The notes beneath the pieces are model-generated. The model did no database searches. It was not told where the DNA came from and saw only the letters and a list, made by a program, of their open reading frames with translations. From Escherichia coli (GTDB lineage: Bacteria > Pseudomonadota > Gammaproteobacteria > Enterobacterales > Enterobacteriaceae): DNA of 64,000 nucleotides. The DNA is taken from assembly GCF_013122565.1 (NCBI RefSeq), contig NZ_CP053258.1; one strand, given 5' to 3'. Positions 52,024 through 64,000 of the stretch are shown piece by piece; positions within the stretch are counted from its first letter, which is position 1, and the number at the start of each line of letters is the position of its first letter. The position numbers and the translations under genes were made by a program.

Positions 52024-53376
52024 ATGGAAAGCTGCTTAGATATATTCAAGATAGTTATAGGTCCATCCAGTTCCCGCACTGTCGGGCCAATGCGTGCGGC
52101 TTATAATTTTGTCTCACAATTGAAACAGCGAGAAATGTTACCTTTGTTGCGGAAAATTGATGTCGAACTTTATGGCGCACTGTCATTAAGCCGCAAGTGC
52201 CATAATGTTGATGTGGCGATTTATCTCGGTTTGCAAGGTCACTTACCTGACAGCGTTGATATCCGCATGGAAATGTCCGCCATCAGGCGTGCGGAAACTG
52301 AGGCGACGCTGGAAGTTATGCCTGGTGTCAACGTTGGTGTAGCCATTATTTCTAATCCACAGGCGCACCCGGGGCATCCTTATGCGATGACATTTCGTGC
52401 CAGAGATGACTGGTTTACGCTTTATGAAGAAACCTGCTTTTCTGTCGGCGACGGTCAGGTTCAAAAAGCGGGAGAGGCGATGATTCCCTCCTCAGTCACT
52501 CCACATCCTTTTGAATTCCAGAACGCAAACGAATTATTAAAACTTTGTCAGCAAAACGGATTATCTGTTGCGGCATTAATGATGAAAAACGAACTACACT
52601 GCCAGACTTCTGATTTTTTGCATGACGATCTCAATAAAAAATGGGAAGTAATGAAGGATGCGGTCTATCGCGGGATGCATACAGAGGGATTACTTCCTGG
52701 TCCGTATCAGGTTAACCGTCGTGCCTGTGCTTTATATAAATCGTTGCAGGCAAAGGGGTTTACCAATGACTTCCTGACTACGATCAATTGGGTCAATACT
52801 TTTGCCATTGCGGTGAGCGAAGAAAATGCTGCAGGTGGACGCGTCGTGACAGCACCCACCAACGGCGCGAGCGGTATTATCCCGGCCGTACTGTGTTGGT
52901 ATGACAAATTCATTCACGAGCTTGATACTTACTCCGTTACCCGCTTTTTTCTGACCGCCGGTGCCATAGCCATTCTGTTCAAAAAAAATGCCTCTATTCT
53001 GGGGTCTGAAGTTGGATGTCAGGGGGAAATAGGCGTTGCCAGTTCAATGGCGGCAGCAGGATTAGCAGAACTTATGGGCGGGTCAGTGACTCAGGTACTC
53101 AGCGCGGCAGAAATTGCGATGGAACACCATTTAGGTTTGACCTGTGATCCAGTTGGCGGGCAGGTACAAATTCCTTGTATTGAACGAAATGCTATTTCAG
53201 CCGTGAAAGCTATCAACGCAACGACGATGGCTTTGAGTCGCATAAGCGAGCCGTGCATTACGCTGGATGAGATAATTTCCGCGATGTATGAAACCGGAAA
53301 GGATATGAGCGCTAAATACCGGGAAACTTATCATGGCTGTCTTAGCAAATTGCAGCCAAGAAAAAAGGACGCGTAA
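52024..53376 (+). CDS. L-serine dehydratase paralog (SdaA/SdaB family, Fe-S dependent)
   Basis: About 450 aa; N-terminal IGPSSS(R/H)TVGPM motif, central …[23 protein letters not shown]… and C-terminal …[19 protein letters not shown]… all near-identical to E. coli SdaA; start set at the ATG following an AAGGA ribosome-binding site (the ORF track begins 21 nt upstream at TTG). Confidence 0.8.
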   Translation: MESCLDIFKIVIGPSSSRTVGPMRAAYNFVSQLKQREMLPLLRKIDVELYGALSLSRKCHNVDVAIYLGLQGHLPDSVDIRMEMSAIRRAETEATLEVMPGVNVGVAIISNPQAHPGHPYAMTFRARDDWFTLYEETCFSVGDGQVQKAGEAMIPSSVTPHPFEFQNANELLKLCQQNGLSVAALMMKNELHCQTSDFLHDDLNKKWEVMKDAVYRGMHTEGLLPGPYQVNRRACALYKSLQAKGFTNDFLTTINWVNTFAIAVSEENAAGGRVVTAPTNGASGIIPAVLCWYDKFIHELDTYSVTRFFLTAGAIAILFKKNASILGSEVGCQGEIGVASSMAAAGLAELMGGSVTQVLSAAEIAMEHHLGLTCDPVGGQVQIPCIERNAISAVKAINATTMALSRISEPCITLDEIISAMYETGKDMSAKYRETYHGCLSKLQPRKKDA

Positions 53377-53377
53377 G

Positions 53378-53767
53378 ATGAAATACAATACCATGAATAA
53401 CAACGAAATTATTTTATCTCTGTGCGCACGTATTAAAGAAACGCGGATCTCATTATCATTGACCCAGCAGCAGTTAGCCGATCGTGCATTGGTGGGCATT
53501 GCAACGGTCAAGCGGATTGAAAAGGGGGGAAGTTTAAATCTTGATACCCTCATTTCTCTTCTGCGCGCGCTGAATAAATTGCAAAATCTCGATGCCATAT
53601 TGTTCGAAGCAGAAATGCGTAATTTCAATGAAAATACTTCCAGCGGCGAAGGGGCAGGGCGACTTCAGGTGCGCCAGCAACTGACAGATTTAAACCAGAA
53701 GTCTCCAGCCCCGCACGCAGATGACCGTGATTTTAGTACGGCGCTGGAAAATACTCTTTGCTGGTGA
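53378..53767 (+). CDS. Small XRE-family helix-turn-helix transcriptional regulator
   Basis: 129-aa ORF with HTH (…SLTQQQLADRALVGIATVKRIEKG…); start set at the ATG 1 nt after the serine dehydratase stop. Confidence 0.6.
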   Translation: MKYNTMNNNEIILSLCARIKETRISLSLTQQQLADRALVGIATVKRIEKGGSLNLDTLISLLRALNKLQNLDAILFEAEMRNFNENTSSGEGAGRLQVRQQLTDLNQKSPAPHADDRDFSTALENTLCW

Positions 53768-54637
<870 letters not shown>

Positions 54638-54861
54638 TCATCATACCGTTTATTCAATGTGCTGTGAGTAACTTTCACTTCCGTATTTGCATAACGATGT
54701 TTTAACATCTGCTGATGAAAGGCAGCGGCAATTACAATAATTATCGCTGTGAATACTGGATTATGTGCGCCGCCTCACGCACAATAATCAGGCTGTAAAT
54801 CAGCTTAATAACTTTGCCCCCACGCAGGGCGGAGGCGTCACACCTGCAGGAGAAATCATAA

Positions 54862-55530
54862 ATGCCATCACTCAGTAAAGAAGCGGCCCTGGTTCATGAA
54901 GCGTTAGTTGCGCGAGGACTGGAAACACCGCTGCGCCCGCCCGTGCATGAAATGGATAACGAAACGCGCAAAAGCCTTATTGCTGGTCATATGACCGAAA
55001 TCATGCAGCTGCTGAATCTCGACCTGGCTGATGACAGTTTGATGGAAACGCCGCATCGCATCGCTAAAATGTATGTCGATGAAATTTTCTCCGGTCTGGA
55101 TTACGCCAACTTCCCGAAAATCACCCTCATTGAAAACAAAATGAAGGTCGATGAAATGGTCACCGTGCGCGATATCACTCTGACCAGTACCTGTGAACAC
55201 CATTTTGTTACCATCGATGGCAAAGCGACGGTGGCTTATATCCCGAAAGATTCGGTGATCGGTCTGTCAAAAATTAACCGTATCGTGCAGTTCTTTGCCC
55301 AGCGTCCGCAGGTGCAGGAACGTCTGACGCAGCAAATTCTTATTGCGCTACAAACGCTGCTGGGCACCAATAACGTGGCTGTCTCTATCGACGCGGTGCA
55401 TTACTGCGTGAAGGCGCGTGGCATCCGCGATGCAACCAGTGCCACGACAACGACCTCTCTTGGTGGATTGTTCAAATCCAGTCAGAATACGCGCCACGAG
55501 TTTCTGCGCGCTGTGCGTCATCACAACTGA
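54862..55530 (+). CDS. folE: GTP cyclohydrolase I
   Basis: 222-aa [27 protein letters not shown]…, with the TSTCEHH zinc-binding motif. Confidence 0.9.
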
Positions 55531-55546
55531 TTAAAAGGCAGGAACC

Positions 55547-56704
55547 ATGGAGCGCAACGTCACGCTCGATTTTGTTCGCGGCGTCGCCATTCTGGGGATC
55601 CTGCTATTAAACATCAGCGCCTTTGGGCTACCAAAGGCGGCTTATCTCAATCCCGCCTGGTACGGCGCTATTACGCCGCAGGATGCATGGACCTGGGCAT
55701 TTCTCGATCTCATCGGCCAGGTGAAATTCCTCACGCTTTTTGCGCTGCTGTTTGGTGCTGGCCTGCAAATGTTGCTGCCCCGTGGCAGACGCTGGATCCA
55801 GTCGCGGTTAACGCTGTTAGTCTTGCTGGGCTTTATTCACGGTTTATTGTTCTGGGACGGCGATATTCTGCTGGCTTACGGGCTGGTGGGCTTAATCTGC
55901 TGGCGGCTGGTGCGCGATGCGCCATCGGTAAAAAGCCTGTTTAATACAGGCGTCATGCTTTATCTGGTGGGGCTTGGCGTTTTGCTGTTATTGGGGCTGA
56001 TTTCCGACAGCGAGACCAGCCGCGCCTGGACGCCGGATGCATCGGCTATTTTGTATGAAAAATACTGGAAGCTTCACAGCGGCGTTGAAGCGATCAGTAA
56101 TCGTGCCGATGGTGTTGGCAACAGTTTACTGGCACTGGGCGCACAGTATGGCTGGCAACTGGCTGGGATGATGCTCATTGGTGCGGCGCTGATGCGCAGC
56201 GGCTGGCTGAAAGGGCAGTTCAGCTTACGTCACTATCGTCGTACTGGTTTTGTGCTGGTGGCGATTGGGGTGACCATTAACCTTCCTGCCATCGCCCTGC
56301 AATGGCAGCTGGACTGGGCGTATCGCTGGTGTGCCTTCTTACTTCAGATGCCGCGGGAACTGAGTGCGCCGTTTCAGGCGATTGGCTATGCGTCGCTGTT
56401 TTATGGCTTCTGGCCGCAATTGAGCCGCTTTAAGCTGGTGCTGGCGATCGCCTGCGTCGGACGGATGGCGCTGACCAACTATCTATTGCAAACGCTGATT
56501 TGTACCACGCTTTTTTATCACCTCGGTTTGTTTATGCAGTTTGACCGTCTGGAATTGCTGGCGTTTGTTATTCCGGTATGGCTGGCTAATATCCTCTTCT
56601 CTGTTATCTGGCTGCGTTACTTCCGCCAGGGGCCGGTGGAATGGCTCTGGCGTCAGTTAACTTTGCGTGCTGTCGGACCGACAATATCTAAAACATCAAG
56701 ATAA
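55547..56704 (+). CDS. yeiB: DUF418-family inner-membrane protein YeiB
   Basis: 385-aa polytopic membrane ORF at the conserved position. Confidence 0.8.
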   Translation: MERNVTLDFVRGVAILGILLLNISAFGLPKAAYLNPAWYGAITPQDAWTWAFLDLIGQVKFLTLFALLFGAGLQMLLPRGRRWIQSRLTLLVLLGFIHGLLFWDGDILLAYGLVGLICWRLVRDAPSVKSLFNTGVMLYLVGLGVLLLLGLISDSETSRAWTPDASAILYEKYWKLHSGVEAISNRADGVGNSLLALGAQYGWQLAGMMLIGAALMRSGWLKGQFSLRHYRRTGFVLVAIGVTINLPAIALQWQLDWAYRWCAFLLQMPRELSAPFQAIGYASLFYGFWPQLSRFKLVLAIACVGRMALTNYLLQTLICTTLFYHLGLFMQFDRLELLAFVIPVWLANILFSVIWLRYFRQGPVEWLWRQLTLRAVGPTISKTSR

Positions 56705-56845
56705 CGATCTGGATCACATTCGTTAACAAAACGGCTGTAACCGTTTCCATTGCTGTGACTCGATTCACGAAGTCCTGTAGTCAGTGCTGACAAAATAGCC
56801 GCCAGCAAGCAGTCATTTACTGCAATCTCATAACAGGTAGTGAAT

Positions 56846-57886
56846 ATGATCACCATTCGTGATGTAGCGCGTCAGGCTGGCGTCTCTGTGGCAACGGTTT
56901 CCCGGGTGCTCAATAACAGCACGCTGGTCAGTGCCGACACGCGTGAAGCAGTAATGAAAGCCGTGAGTGAGCTGGATTATCGGCCAAACGCCAATGCCCA
57001 GGCGCTGGCAACTCAGGTTAGCGATACCATTGGCGTGGTGGTGATGGACGTTTCTGATGCGTTTTTCGGCGCGCTGGTAAAAGCGGTGGATCTGGTCGCC
57101 CAGCAGCATGAGAAATACGTGCTAATCGGCAATAGCTATCATGAAGCGGAAAAAGAGCGTCACGCTATTGAGGTGTTAATTCGCCAGCGTTGTAATGCGT
57201 TGATTGTTCACTCAAAAGCATTGAGTGACGATGAACTGGCACAATTTATGGATAACATTCCCGGTATGGTGTTAATCAACCGCGTTGTGCCGGGGTACGC
57301 CCATCGTTGCGTTTGCCTGGATAATCTCAGCGGTGCCCGAATGGCGACGCGCATGTTGCTGAATAACGGTCATCAACGTATTGGTTATCTTTCTTCCAGC
57401 CACGGCATTGAAGATGACGCCATGCGTAAAGCAGGCTGGATGAGTGCGTTGAAAGAGCAGGATATTATTCCGCCGGAAAGCTGGATTGGCACTGGTACGC
57501 CGGACATGCCGGGCGGTGAGGCGGCGATGGTTGAACTGCTGGGGCGCAATCTACAACTTACCGCTGTATTTGCTTATAACGACAATATGGCCGCTGGCGC
57601 ACTGACAGCATTAAAAGATAATGGCATTGCGATTCCGTTACATCTCTCAATCATCGGTTTCGATGATATTCCCATCGCCCGTTACACCGACCCGCAATTA
57701 ACGACCGTGCGTTATCCCATTGCTTCAATGGCTAAATTAGCCACCGAACTGGCCTTGCAGGGGGCAGCAGGCAATATTGATCCTCGTGCCAGCCACTGTT
57801 TTATGCCGACGTTAGTGCGTCGTCATTCTGTCGCAACTCGCCAGAATGCGGCGGCGATCACTAACTCAACAAATCAGGCGATGTAA
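56846..57886 (+). CDS. galS: LacI/GalR-family repressor GalS (mgl/gal isorepressor)
   Basis: Translation [25 protein letters not shown]… with a periplasmic-binding-protein-like effector domain; about 346 aa. Confidence 0.9.
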   Translation: MITIRDVARQAGVSVATVSRVLNNSTLVSADTREAVMKAVSELDYRPNANAQALATQVSDTIGVVVMDVSDAFFGALVKAVDLVAQQHEKYVLIGNSYHEAEKERHAIEVLIRQRCNALIVHSKALSDDELAQFMDNIPGMVLINRVVPGYAHRCVCLDNLSGARMATRMLLNNGHQRIGYLSSSHGIEDDAMRKAGWMSALKEQDIIPPESWIGTGTPDMPGGEAAMVELLGRNLQLTAVFAYNDNMAAGALTALKDNGIAIPLHLSIIGFDDIPIARYTDPQLTTVRYPIASMAKLATELALQGAAGNIDPRASHCFMPTLVRRHSVATRQNAAAITNSTNQAM

Positions 57887-58165
57887 CCGCTTTCAATCTG
57901 TGAGTGATTTCACAGTATCTTAACAATGTGATAGCTATGATTGCACCGTTTTAACGTTGTAACCCGTATGTAACAGTGAATAATCACTTTCACCGAGGTA
58001 ATAGCGTCATAACAACAATTAAAGCCGTTTTCTGGAGCGTTACCGGGCATGGAAGAACGAATTTTAAAAAGTAAGCTTCGGCGTTCAGTAACACTTCATT
58101 AACTCTACTGCCCCGCCGAGCATTTATCTCAAGCACTACCCTGCATAAGAAAAACCGGAGATACC

Positions 58166-59164
58166 ATGAATAAGAAGGTGTTAACCCTGTCTGCTGTGAT
58201 GGCCAGCATGTTATTCGGTGCCGCTGCACACGCTGCTGATACTCGCATTGGTGTAACAATCTATAAGTACGACGATAACTTTATGTCTGTAGTGCGCAAG
58301 GCTATTGAGCAGGATGCGAAAGCCGCGCCAGATGTTCAGCTGCTGATGAATGATTCTCAGAATGACCAGTCCAAGCAGAACGATCAGATCGACGTATTGC
58401 TGGCGAAAGGGGTGAAGGCACTGGCAATCAACCTGGTTGACCCAGCAGCTGCGGGTACGGTGATTGAGAAAGCGCGTGGGCAAAACGTGCCGGTGGTTTT
58501 CTTCAACAAAGAACCGTCTCGTAAGGCGCTGGATAGCTACGACAAAGCCTACTACGTTGGCACTGACTCCAAAGAGTCCGGCATTATTCAGGGCGATTTG
58601 ATTGCTAAACACTGGGCGGCGAATCAGGGATGGGATCTGAATAAAGACGGTCAGATTCAATTCGTACTACTGAAAGGTGAGCCGGGCCATCCGGATGCAG
58701 AAGCACGTACCACTTACGTGATTAAAGAGCTGAACGACAAAGGCATCAAAACTGAACAGTTACAGTTAGATACCGCTATGTGGGATACCGCTCAGGCGAA
58801 AGATAAGATGGACGCCTGGCTGTCTGGCCCGAACGCCAACAAAATCGAAGTGGTTATCGCCAACAACGATGCGATGGCAATGGGCGCGGTAGAAGCACTG
58901 AAAGCACACAACAAGTCCAGCATTCCGGTGTTTGGCGTCGATGCTCTGCCAGAAGCGCTGGCGCTGGTGAAATCCGGTGCACTGGCGGGCACCGTACTGA
59001 ACGATGCTAACAACCAGGCGAAAGCGACCTTTGATCTGGCGAAAAACCTGGCCGATGGCAAAGGTGCGGCTGATGGCACCAACTGGAAAATCGACAACAA
59101 AGTGGTCCGCGTACCTTATGTTGGCGTAGATAAAGACAACCTGGCTGAATTCAGCAAGAAATAA
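58166..59164 (+). CDS. mglB: Periplasmic D-galactose/D-glucose-binding protein
   Basis: 332-aa ORF with signal peptide (…[22 protein letters not shown]…). Confidence 0.9.
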   Translation: MNKKVLTLSAVMASMLFGAAAHAADTRIGVTIYKYDDNFMSVVRKAIEQDAKAAPDVQLLMNDSQNDQSKQNDQIDVLLAKGVKALAINLVDPAAAGTVIEKARGQNVPVVFFNKEPSRKALDSYDKAYYVGTDSKESGIIQGDLIAKHWAANQGWDLNKDGQIQFVLLKGEPGHPDAEARTTYVIKELNDKGIKTEQLQLDTAMWDTAQAKDKMDAWLSGPNANKIEVVIANNDAMAMGAVEALKAHNKSSIPVFGVDALPEALALVKSGALAGTVLNDANNQAKATFDLAKNLADGKGAADGTNWKIDNKVVRVPYVGVDKDNLAEFSKK

Positions 59165-59172
59165 GACTGATT

Positions 59173-59200
59173 GGGCGCAGTCTATTACTGCGCCCTTATT
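59173..59200 (+). terminator. Intra-operon hairpin (attenuating terminator) between mglB and mglA
   Basis: 9-bp stem gggcgcagt…actgcgccc followed by ttattg. Confidence 0.5.
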
Positions 59201-59224
59201 GTATGACCAACAAGGTAAAATTAT

Positions 59225-60745
59225 ATGGTCAGCTCAACGACTCCGTCCTCCGGGGAATACTTGTTGGAAATGAGCGGTATCAACAAGTCCTTTCCTGGTG
59301 TTAAGGCACTTGATAACGTTAATTTAAATGTCCGGCCACATTCTATCCATGCATTAATGGGGGAAAACGGCGCAGGAAAATCAACATTATTAAAATGCCT
59401 GTTTGGTATTTATCAAAAAGACTCCGGCACCATTTTATTCCAGGGTAAAGAGATCGATTTCCATTCTGCAAAAGAAGCCCTGGAAAATGGTATTTCGATG
59501 GTACACCAGGAGTTAAACCTGGTATTACAACGTTCGGTGATGGATAACATGTGGCTGGGGCGATATCCCACCAAAGGCATGTTTGTCGATCAGGACAAAA
59601 TGTACCGCGAAACCAAAGCGATTTTTGACGAACTGGATATTGATATCGATCCGCGTGCGCGCGTCGGCACATTATCCGTTTCGCAAATGCAGATGATCGA
59701 AATCGCCAAAGCGTTTTCCTATAACGCGAAAATTGTGATTATGGATGAACCGACTTCTTCGTTAACCGAAAAAGAGGTCAATCATCTGTTCACTATTATT
59801 CGTAAATTAAAAGAGCGCGGCTGCGGTATTGTTTATATCTCGCATAAAATGGAAGAAATCTTCCAGTTATGTGATGAAGTTACCGTATTGCGCGACGGTC
59901 AGTGGATCGCTACCGAACCGTTGGCAGGGCTGACGATGGATAAGATCATCGCCATGATGGTTGGGCGTTCTCTTAACCAGCGTTTCCCTGACAAAGAAAA
60001 CAAGCCGGGCGAAGTCATCCTCGAGGTGCGTAACCTGACGTCACTGCGCCAGCCGTCGATCCGTGATGTCTCGTTTGATCTGCATAAAGGGGAGATCCTC
60101 GGTATTGCCGGTCTGGTGGGGGCGAAACGTACCGATATTGTTGAGACGTTATTTGGTATTCGCGAGAAATCGGCTGGCACCATTACGTTGCACGGCAAAA
60201 AGATCAATAACCATAATGCCAATGAAGCCATAAACCACGGATTTGCTCTGGTAACTGAGGAGCGCCGCTCAACGGGAATTTATGCCTATCTGGATATTGG
60301 TTTTAACTCGTTAATTTCCAATATTCGCAACTACAAAAACAAAGTTGGTTTACTGGATAACTCGCGGATGAAAAGCGATACCCAGTGGGTGATTGATTCG
60401 ATGCGGGTAAAAACGCCGGGGCATCGGACGCAAATTGGTTCGCTCTCAGGTGGTAATCAGCAAAAGGTGATTATTGGGCGCTGGCTACTAACGCAACCGG
60501 AAATATTAATGCTCGATGAACCGACGCGCGGTATTGATGTCGGGGCGAAGTTTGAGATCTATCAGTTAATTGCCGAACTGGCGAAGAAAGGCAAAGGGAT
60601 TATTATTATCTCCTCTGAAATGCCTGAGTTGTTAGGGATAACAGACCGTATTCTGGTCATGAGCAACGGTCTCGTTTCCGGAATTGTCGACACAAAAACA
60701 ACAACGCAAAACGAAATTCTGCGTCTTGCGTCTTTGCACCTTTAA
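59225..60745 (+). CDS. mglA: Galactose/methyl-galactoside ABC transporter ATP-binding protein (double cassette)
   Basis: 506-aa ORF; Walker [10 protein letters not shown] and signature LSGGNQQK. Confidence 0.9.
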   Translation: MVSSTTPSSGEYLLEMSGINKSFPGVKALDNVNLNVRPHSIHALMGENGAGKSTLLKCLFGIYQKDSGTILFQGKEIDFHSAKEALENGISMVHQELNLVLQRSVMDNMWLGRYPTKGMFVDQDKMYRETKAIFDELDIDIDPRARVGTLSVSQMQMIEIAKAFSYNAKIVIMDEPTSSLTEKEVNHLFTIIRKLKERGCGIVYISHKMEEIFQLCDEVTVLRDGQWIATEPLAGLTMDKIIAMMVGRSLNQRFPDKENKPGEVILEVRNLTSLRQPSIRDVSFDLHKGEILGIAGLVGAKRTDIVETLFGIREKSAGTITLHGKKINNHNANEAINHGFALVTEERRSTGIYAYLDIGFNSLISNIRNYKNKVGLLDNSRMKSDTQWVIDSMRVKTPGHRTQIGSLSGGNQQKVIIGRWLLTQPEILMLDEPTRGIDVGAKFEIYQLIAELAKKGKGIIIISSEMPELLGITDRILVMSNGLVSGIVDTKTTTQNEILRLASLHL

Positions 60746-60760
60746 GATTAGGGGCTTCCC

Positions 60761-61771
60761 ATGAGTGCGTTAAATAAGAAAAGTTTTCTTACTTACCTGA
60801 AAGAGGGCGGTATTTACGTCGTTCTTTTAGTTTTGCTGGCGATTATTATTTTCCAGGACCCAACATTTTTAAGTCTGTTGAACTTAAGTAATATTCTCAC
60901 CCAGTCATCGGTGCGTATTATTATCGCGCTCGGTGTGGCAGGGTTAATTGTCACCCAGGGGACCGACCTTTCTGCAGGTCGCCAGGTGGGGCTGGCGGCA
61001 GTAGTAGCGGCGACGTTATTGCAGTCCATGGATAACGCCAACAAAGTGTTCCCGGAAATGGCGACGATGCCGATTGCGCTGGTTATTCTGATTGTCTGTG
61101 CCATTGGTGCGGTGATCGGTTTGATCAACGGTCTGATTATCGCTTATCTCAACGTGACGCCGTTCATTACCACGCTCGGCACGATGATCATCGTCTATGG
61201 CATCAACTCGCTCTATTACGACTTTGTCGGGGCGTCGCCGATTTCTGGTTTCGACAGTGGCTTCTCTACCTTTGCTCAGGGCTTTGTCGCGCTGGGGAGT
61301 TTCCGTCTCTCTTACATCACCTTCTACGCGTTGATTGCGGTGGCGTTCGTCTGGGTGTTGTGGAACAAAACCCGCTTCGGTAAGAACATTTTTGCCATTG
61401 GCGGTAACCCGGAAGCGGCAAAAGTATCTGGTGTCAACGTCGGCCTGAACCTGCTGATGATCTACGCGTTGTCTGGCGTGTTCTATGCCTTTGGCGGGAT
61501 GTTAGAAGCCGGACGTATCGGCTCTGCCACCAACAACCTCGGCTTTATGTATGAGCTGGATGCTATCGCGGCGTGCGTGGTAGGCGGTGTATCGTTCAGC
61601 GGCGGTGTGGGGACGGTGATTGGCGTGGTGACCGGGGTAATTATTTTTACCGTCATCAACTATGGCCTGACGTATATCGGCGTAAACCCATACTGGCAGT
61701 ACATCATCAAAGGGGCGATTATTATCTTCGCCGTAGCGCTGGATTCACTGAAATACGCGCGTAAGAAGTGA
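60761..61771 (+). CDS. mglC: Galactose/methyl-galactoside ABC transporter permease
   Basis: 336-aa polytopic permease. Confidence 0.9.
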   Translation: MSALNKKSFLTYLKEGGIYVVLLVLLAIIIFQDPTFLSLLNLSNILTQSSVRIIIALGVAGLIVTQGTDLSAGRQVGLAAVVAATLLQSMDNANKVFPEMATMPIALVILIVCAIGAVIGLINGLIIAYLNVTPFITTLGTMIIVYGINSLYYDFVGASPISGFDSGFSTFAQGFVALGSFRLSYITFYALIAVAFVWVLWNKTRFGKNIFAIGGNPEAAKVSGVNVGLNLLMIYALSGVFYAFGGMLEAGRIGSATNNLGFMYELDAIAACVVGGVSFSGGVGTVIGVVTGVIIFTVINYGLTYIGVNPYWQYIIKGAIIIFAVALDSLKYARKK

Positions 61772-61786
61772 TGTAATTGTGGATAT

Positions 61787-61836
61787 TGCCGGATGCGCTG
61801 CATCCGGCAATCGGTGCCAAATGCCGGATGCGTCTC
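61787..61836. repeat. Tandem REP elements
   Basis: tGCCGGATGCGctgCATCCGGCaa followed by tGCCGGATGCGtctc; classic REP consensus between the convergent mglC and preA genes. Confidence 0.65.
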
Positions 61837-61841
61837 TGGTT

Positions 61842-63077
61842 TTACAACGTTACCGGGTGTTCTTTCTCTCCCTTCTTAAACTTCACTTCTCCGAGATCAA
61901 TACAACCCACCGGGCAGACGTGACCACAAAGCAGACAACCCACACATTTCTCGGTATTACAATGCGGTGTGCGGGTTTTCTCGCTCCATTCCATCGCCTG
62001 GTGACCGCCGTCGTAACAGGAAATATAACAGCGTCCACAGCCAACACATTTATCAAGATTGATACGGGGATAGACAATATAACTGCGGTCTAAATCTTCC
62101 GCCGGGACAATATTGTTATTCGCCAGACCTACCATCTCCTGCAACGAATCAAATCCCTGATCGGCGAGATAATGCGATAACCCGCTCGCCATATCTTCTA
62201 CGATGCGATAGCCGTACTGCATAATGCCGGTGGTGACCTGTAACGTTGCTGCGCCGAGCAATAAAAACTCCGCCGCATCCTCCCAGGTTTCAATACCGCC
62301 GATACCGCTGATTGGGAAATCGCGCAGTTCTGGATGGGTGCGCATTTGCTGAATGAAGCGCAGGGCGATCGGTTTTACCGCTTTACCGGAATATCCGGAA
62401 ATACTCGATTTTCCGTTAACGATCGGCATACCGATTTTCTGATTAAGATCGATATTGGTGATGGATTTAACGGTGTTAATCGCCGCAATGCCATCTGCGC
62501 CGCCGCGCTTCGCCGCCAGCGCCACTTCGCACATATCACCGATATTCGGCGTCATCTTCGCCAGCATTGGCAGCGTGGAACCCCGTTTCACTGCCCGACA
62601 ATATTTTTCTACCAGCTCCGGGCTTTGCCCGACATCGCTACCCATCGCATGAGAAGTCATTTGCGGACAGGAGAAGTTGCACTCGATCATATCCGCGCCA
62701 GCTTCTTGCACCAGGCGCGCCAGCTCCTCCCATTGCTGCTCATTTTCCCCCATGATCGAAGCGATCAATACTTTGTCCGGGTAATCTTCCTTCAGCCGAC
62801 GCAGGGCGGCCAGATTCTCTTCCAACGGATGTTCAGCAATCTGCTCCATATTTTTGAAGCCGATAAAACCGGTATCTTCTTTCACCAGATGATCAAAACG
62901 CGGCGAGACTTCGTTGGCGATAAAAAAGCCGATCGTTTTAAACACCACACCGCCCCAACCTGTGTCGTAGGCTTTGGCACACATCTCATAGCAGTTGCCT
63001 ACCGGCGAAGAAGAGAGGCAGAATGGGTTGGGAAACTTCACGCCGCAAAAAGTAATCGAAAGATCTTTCGTTAACAT
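61842..63077 (-). CDS. preA: NAD-dependent dihydropyrimidine dehydrogenase subunit PreA (DHOD-like TIM barrel plus 2×[4Fe-4S] ferredoxin domain)
   Basis: About 411 aa; FMN-binding TIM-barrel core and C-terminal CxxCxxCxxxCP motifs ([11 protein letters not shown]…, [12 protein letters not shown]). Confidence 0.85.
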   Translation of the reverse strand: MLTKDLSITFCGVKFPNPFCLSSSPVGNCYEMCAKAYDTGWGGVVFKTIGFFIANEVSPRFDHLVKEDTGFIGFKNMEQIAEHPLEENLAALRRLKEDYPDKVLIASIMGENEQQWEELARLVQEAGADMIECNFSCPQMTSHAMGSDVGQSPELVEKYCRAVKRGSTLPMLAKMTPNIGDMCEVALAAKRGGADGIAAINTVKSITNIDLNQKIGMPIVNGKSSISGYSGKAVKPIALRFIQQMRTHPELRDFPISGIGGIETWEDAAEFLLLGAATLQVTTGIMQYGYRIVEDMASGLSHYLADQGFDSLQEMVGLANNNIVPAEDLDRSYIVYPRINLDKCVGCGRCYISCYDGGHQAMEWSEKTRTPHCNTEKCVGCLLCGHVCPVGCIDLGEVKFKKGEKEHPVTL

Positions 63078-64000
63078 GAGCAAGCTCCCTCTAAATAGTG
63101 ATGAATCGCCTCGGCGGCTTCTTTCCCGGTTTTCACGGCATAGACCACGGTTTTGTCACCCTCAACAATATCGCCAGCAGCAAAGACTTGCGGATCGCGG
63201 GTCTGATAATTTTGTGTTTTGATGGTGTTACGCTGCGGCTCTAACTCCGCAAAGGCATCCAGTCTGGCATGCTGACCGACGGCGAGAATAATTTTATCTG
63301 CCACCATCGTCAGTTCGCCCGATAACCGTACATGCTTAAACGTGACTTTATTGCCTTCCACGGCTACTGGCGTGAATCCATCGATGATCGAAACGCCCAG
63401 CTCCCGGGCGCTGGCAAACTCTTTTTCGCTTGCCGGAAACTCATCTAACTCTTCACGCGCTACGCAAGTTACCGCCTGACAGCCGAGAACTTTCAGCGTG
63501 CTGGCTACGTCCATCGCGACATCACCGCCGCCGATAATTAATGCGCTTTGTGGAATGCTGATATCGCCTTGCGCCTGTCGTGCACGTTGCAGGAAGTCGA
63601 CGGCAATCTCAACGTCGCTATGCTCAAACAGCGGTAGCCCGGAACCGCTTGATAACCCCACGGTGACCAGTACCGCGCGGTTTTCCGCTTTCAGTTGCTC
63701 CAGGGTGAGTGTTTTACCGACTTCGTTGTTGCACTTAATGGTCACGCCCATTTTTTCAATACGGGCGATTTCTGCATCCAGCACTGATTGCGGTAACCGA
63801 AATTGCGGAATACCGTTACGCAACCAGCCACCGGGGTGCGCTTCTTTCTCATAAATCGTGACGTCATAACCCTGGTTTGTTAGCGTCACACTGGCCTGCA
63901 ATCCGGCAGGACCTGCGCCAATAATCGCGACTTTGCCGAGCGTTTTAGTACCGGGCTGATAAATTTCCATCCCGGTTTGTTGTTCAAAATCAGTAACAAA
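63071..64000 (-). CDS. preT: NAD-dependent dihydropyrimidine dehydrogenase subunit PreT, C-terminal about 310 aa (N-terminus outside the window)
   Basis: Frame is open to the window edge; FAD/NAD Rossmann motif [12 protein letters not shown]; stop overlaps the preA start. Confidence 0.8.
   Translation of the reverse strand, partial: FVTDFEQQTGMEIYQPGTKTLGKVAIIGAGPAGLQASVTLTNQGYDVTIYEKEAHPGGWLRNGIPQFRLPQSVLDAEIARIEKMGVTIKCNNEVGKTLTLEQLKAENRAVLVTVGLSSGSGLPLFEHSDVEIAVDFLQRARQAQGDISIPQSALIIGGGDVAMDVASTLKVLGCQAVTCVAREELDEFPASEKEFASARELGVSIIDGFTPVAVEGNKVTFKHVRLSGELTMVADKIILAVGQHARLDAFAELEPQRNTIKTQNYQTRDPQVFAAGDIVEGDKTVVYAVKTGKEAAEAIHHYLEGACSC

Overview
This window is an Escherichia coli-type chromosomal segment, in reverse orientation relative to the K-12 map as I recall it, running from the end of the ccm operon (ccmG', ccmH) and narP through yejO, tRNA-Pro, yejMLK, rplY, radD, rsuA, bcr, yejGFEBA, rtn, mepS, lpxT, yeiRQP, yeiW, setB, fruBKA, psuKGT, yeiL, rihB, nupX, yeiI, nfo, yeiHE, lysP, cirA, yeiG, folE, yeiB, galS and mglBAC to preA and a partial preT. 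All gene identifications are from reading the translated ORFs against remembered protein families; no database search was run. Two compact, AT-rich gene clusters interrupt this backbone and are the most interesting content. The first (about 8.4-11.5 kb, between yejK and rplY) encodes a NapC/NirT-type tetraheme cytochrome, a periplasmic FAD flavoprotein reductase of the fumarate-reductase family, and a small tetraheme cytochrome c, which together look like a split flavocytochrome-c quinol:acceptor reductase of unknown substrate. The second (about 49.5-53.8 kb, between cirA and yeiG) encodes a GlpT/UhpT-family organophosphate:phosphate antiporter, a SerB-like phosphatase, an SdaA-like L-serine dehydratase and a small XRE-family regulator, which I interpret as a putative phosphoserine uptake and catabolism module. 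Other notable points are an apparently intact 863-aa yejO autotransporter beside tRNA-Pro, a segmental duplication of the nucleoside transporter genes psuT and nupX including their leaders, Cra and Fur operators, REP elements and several intrinsic terminators. No CRISPR array, phage or IS element was recognised.
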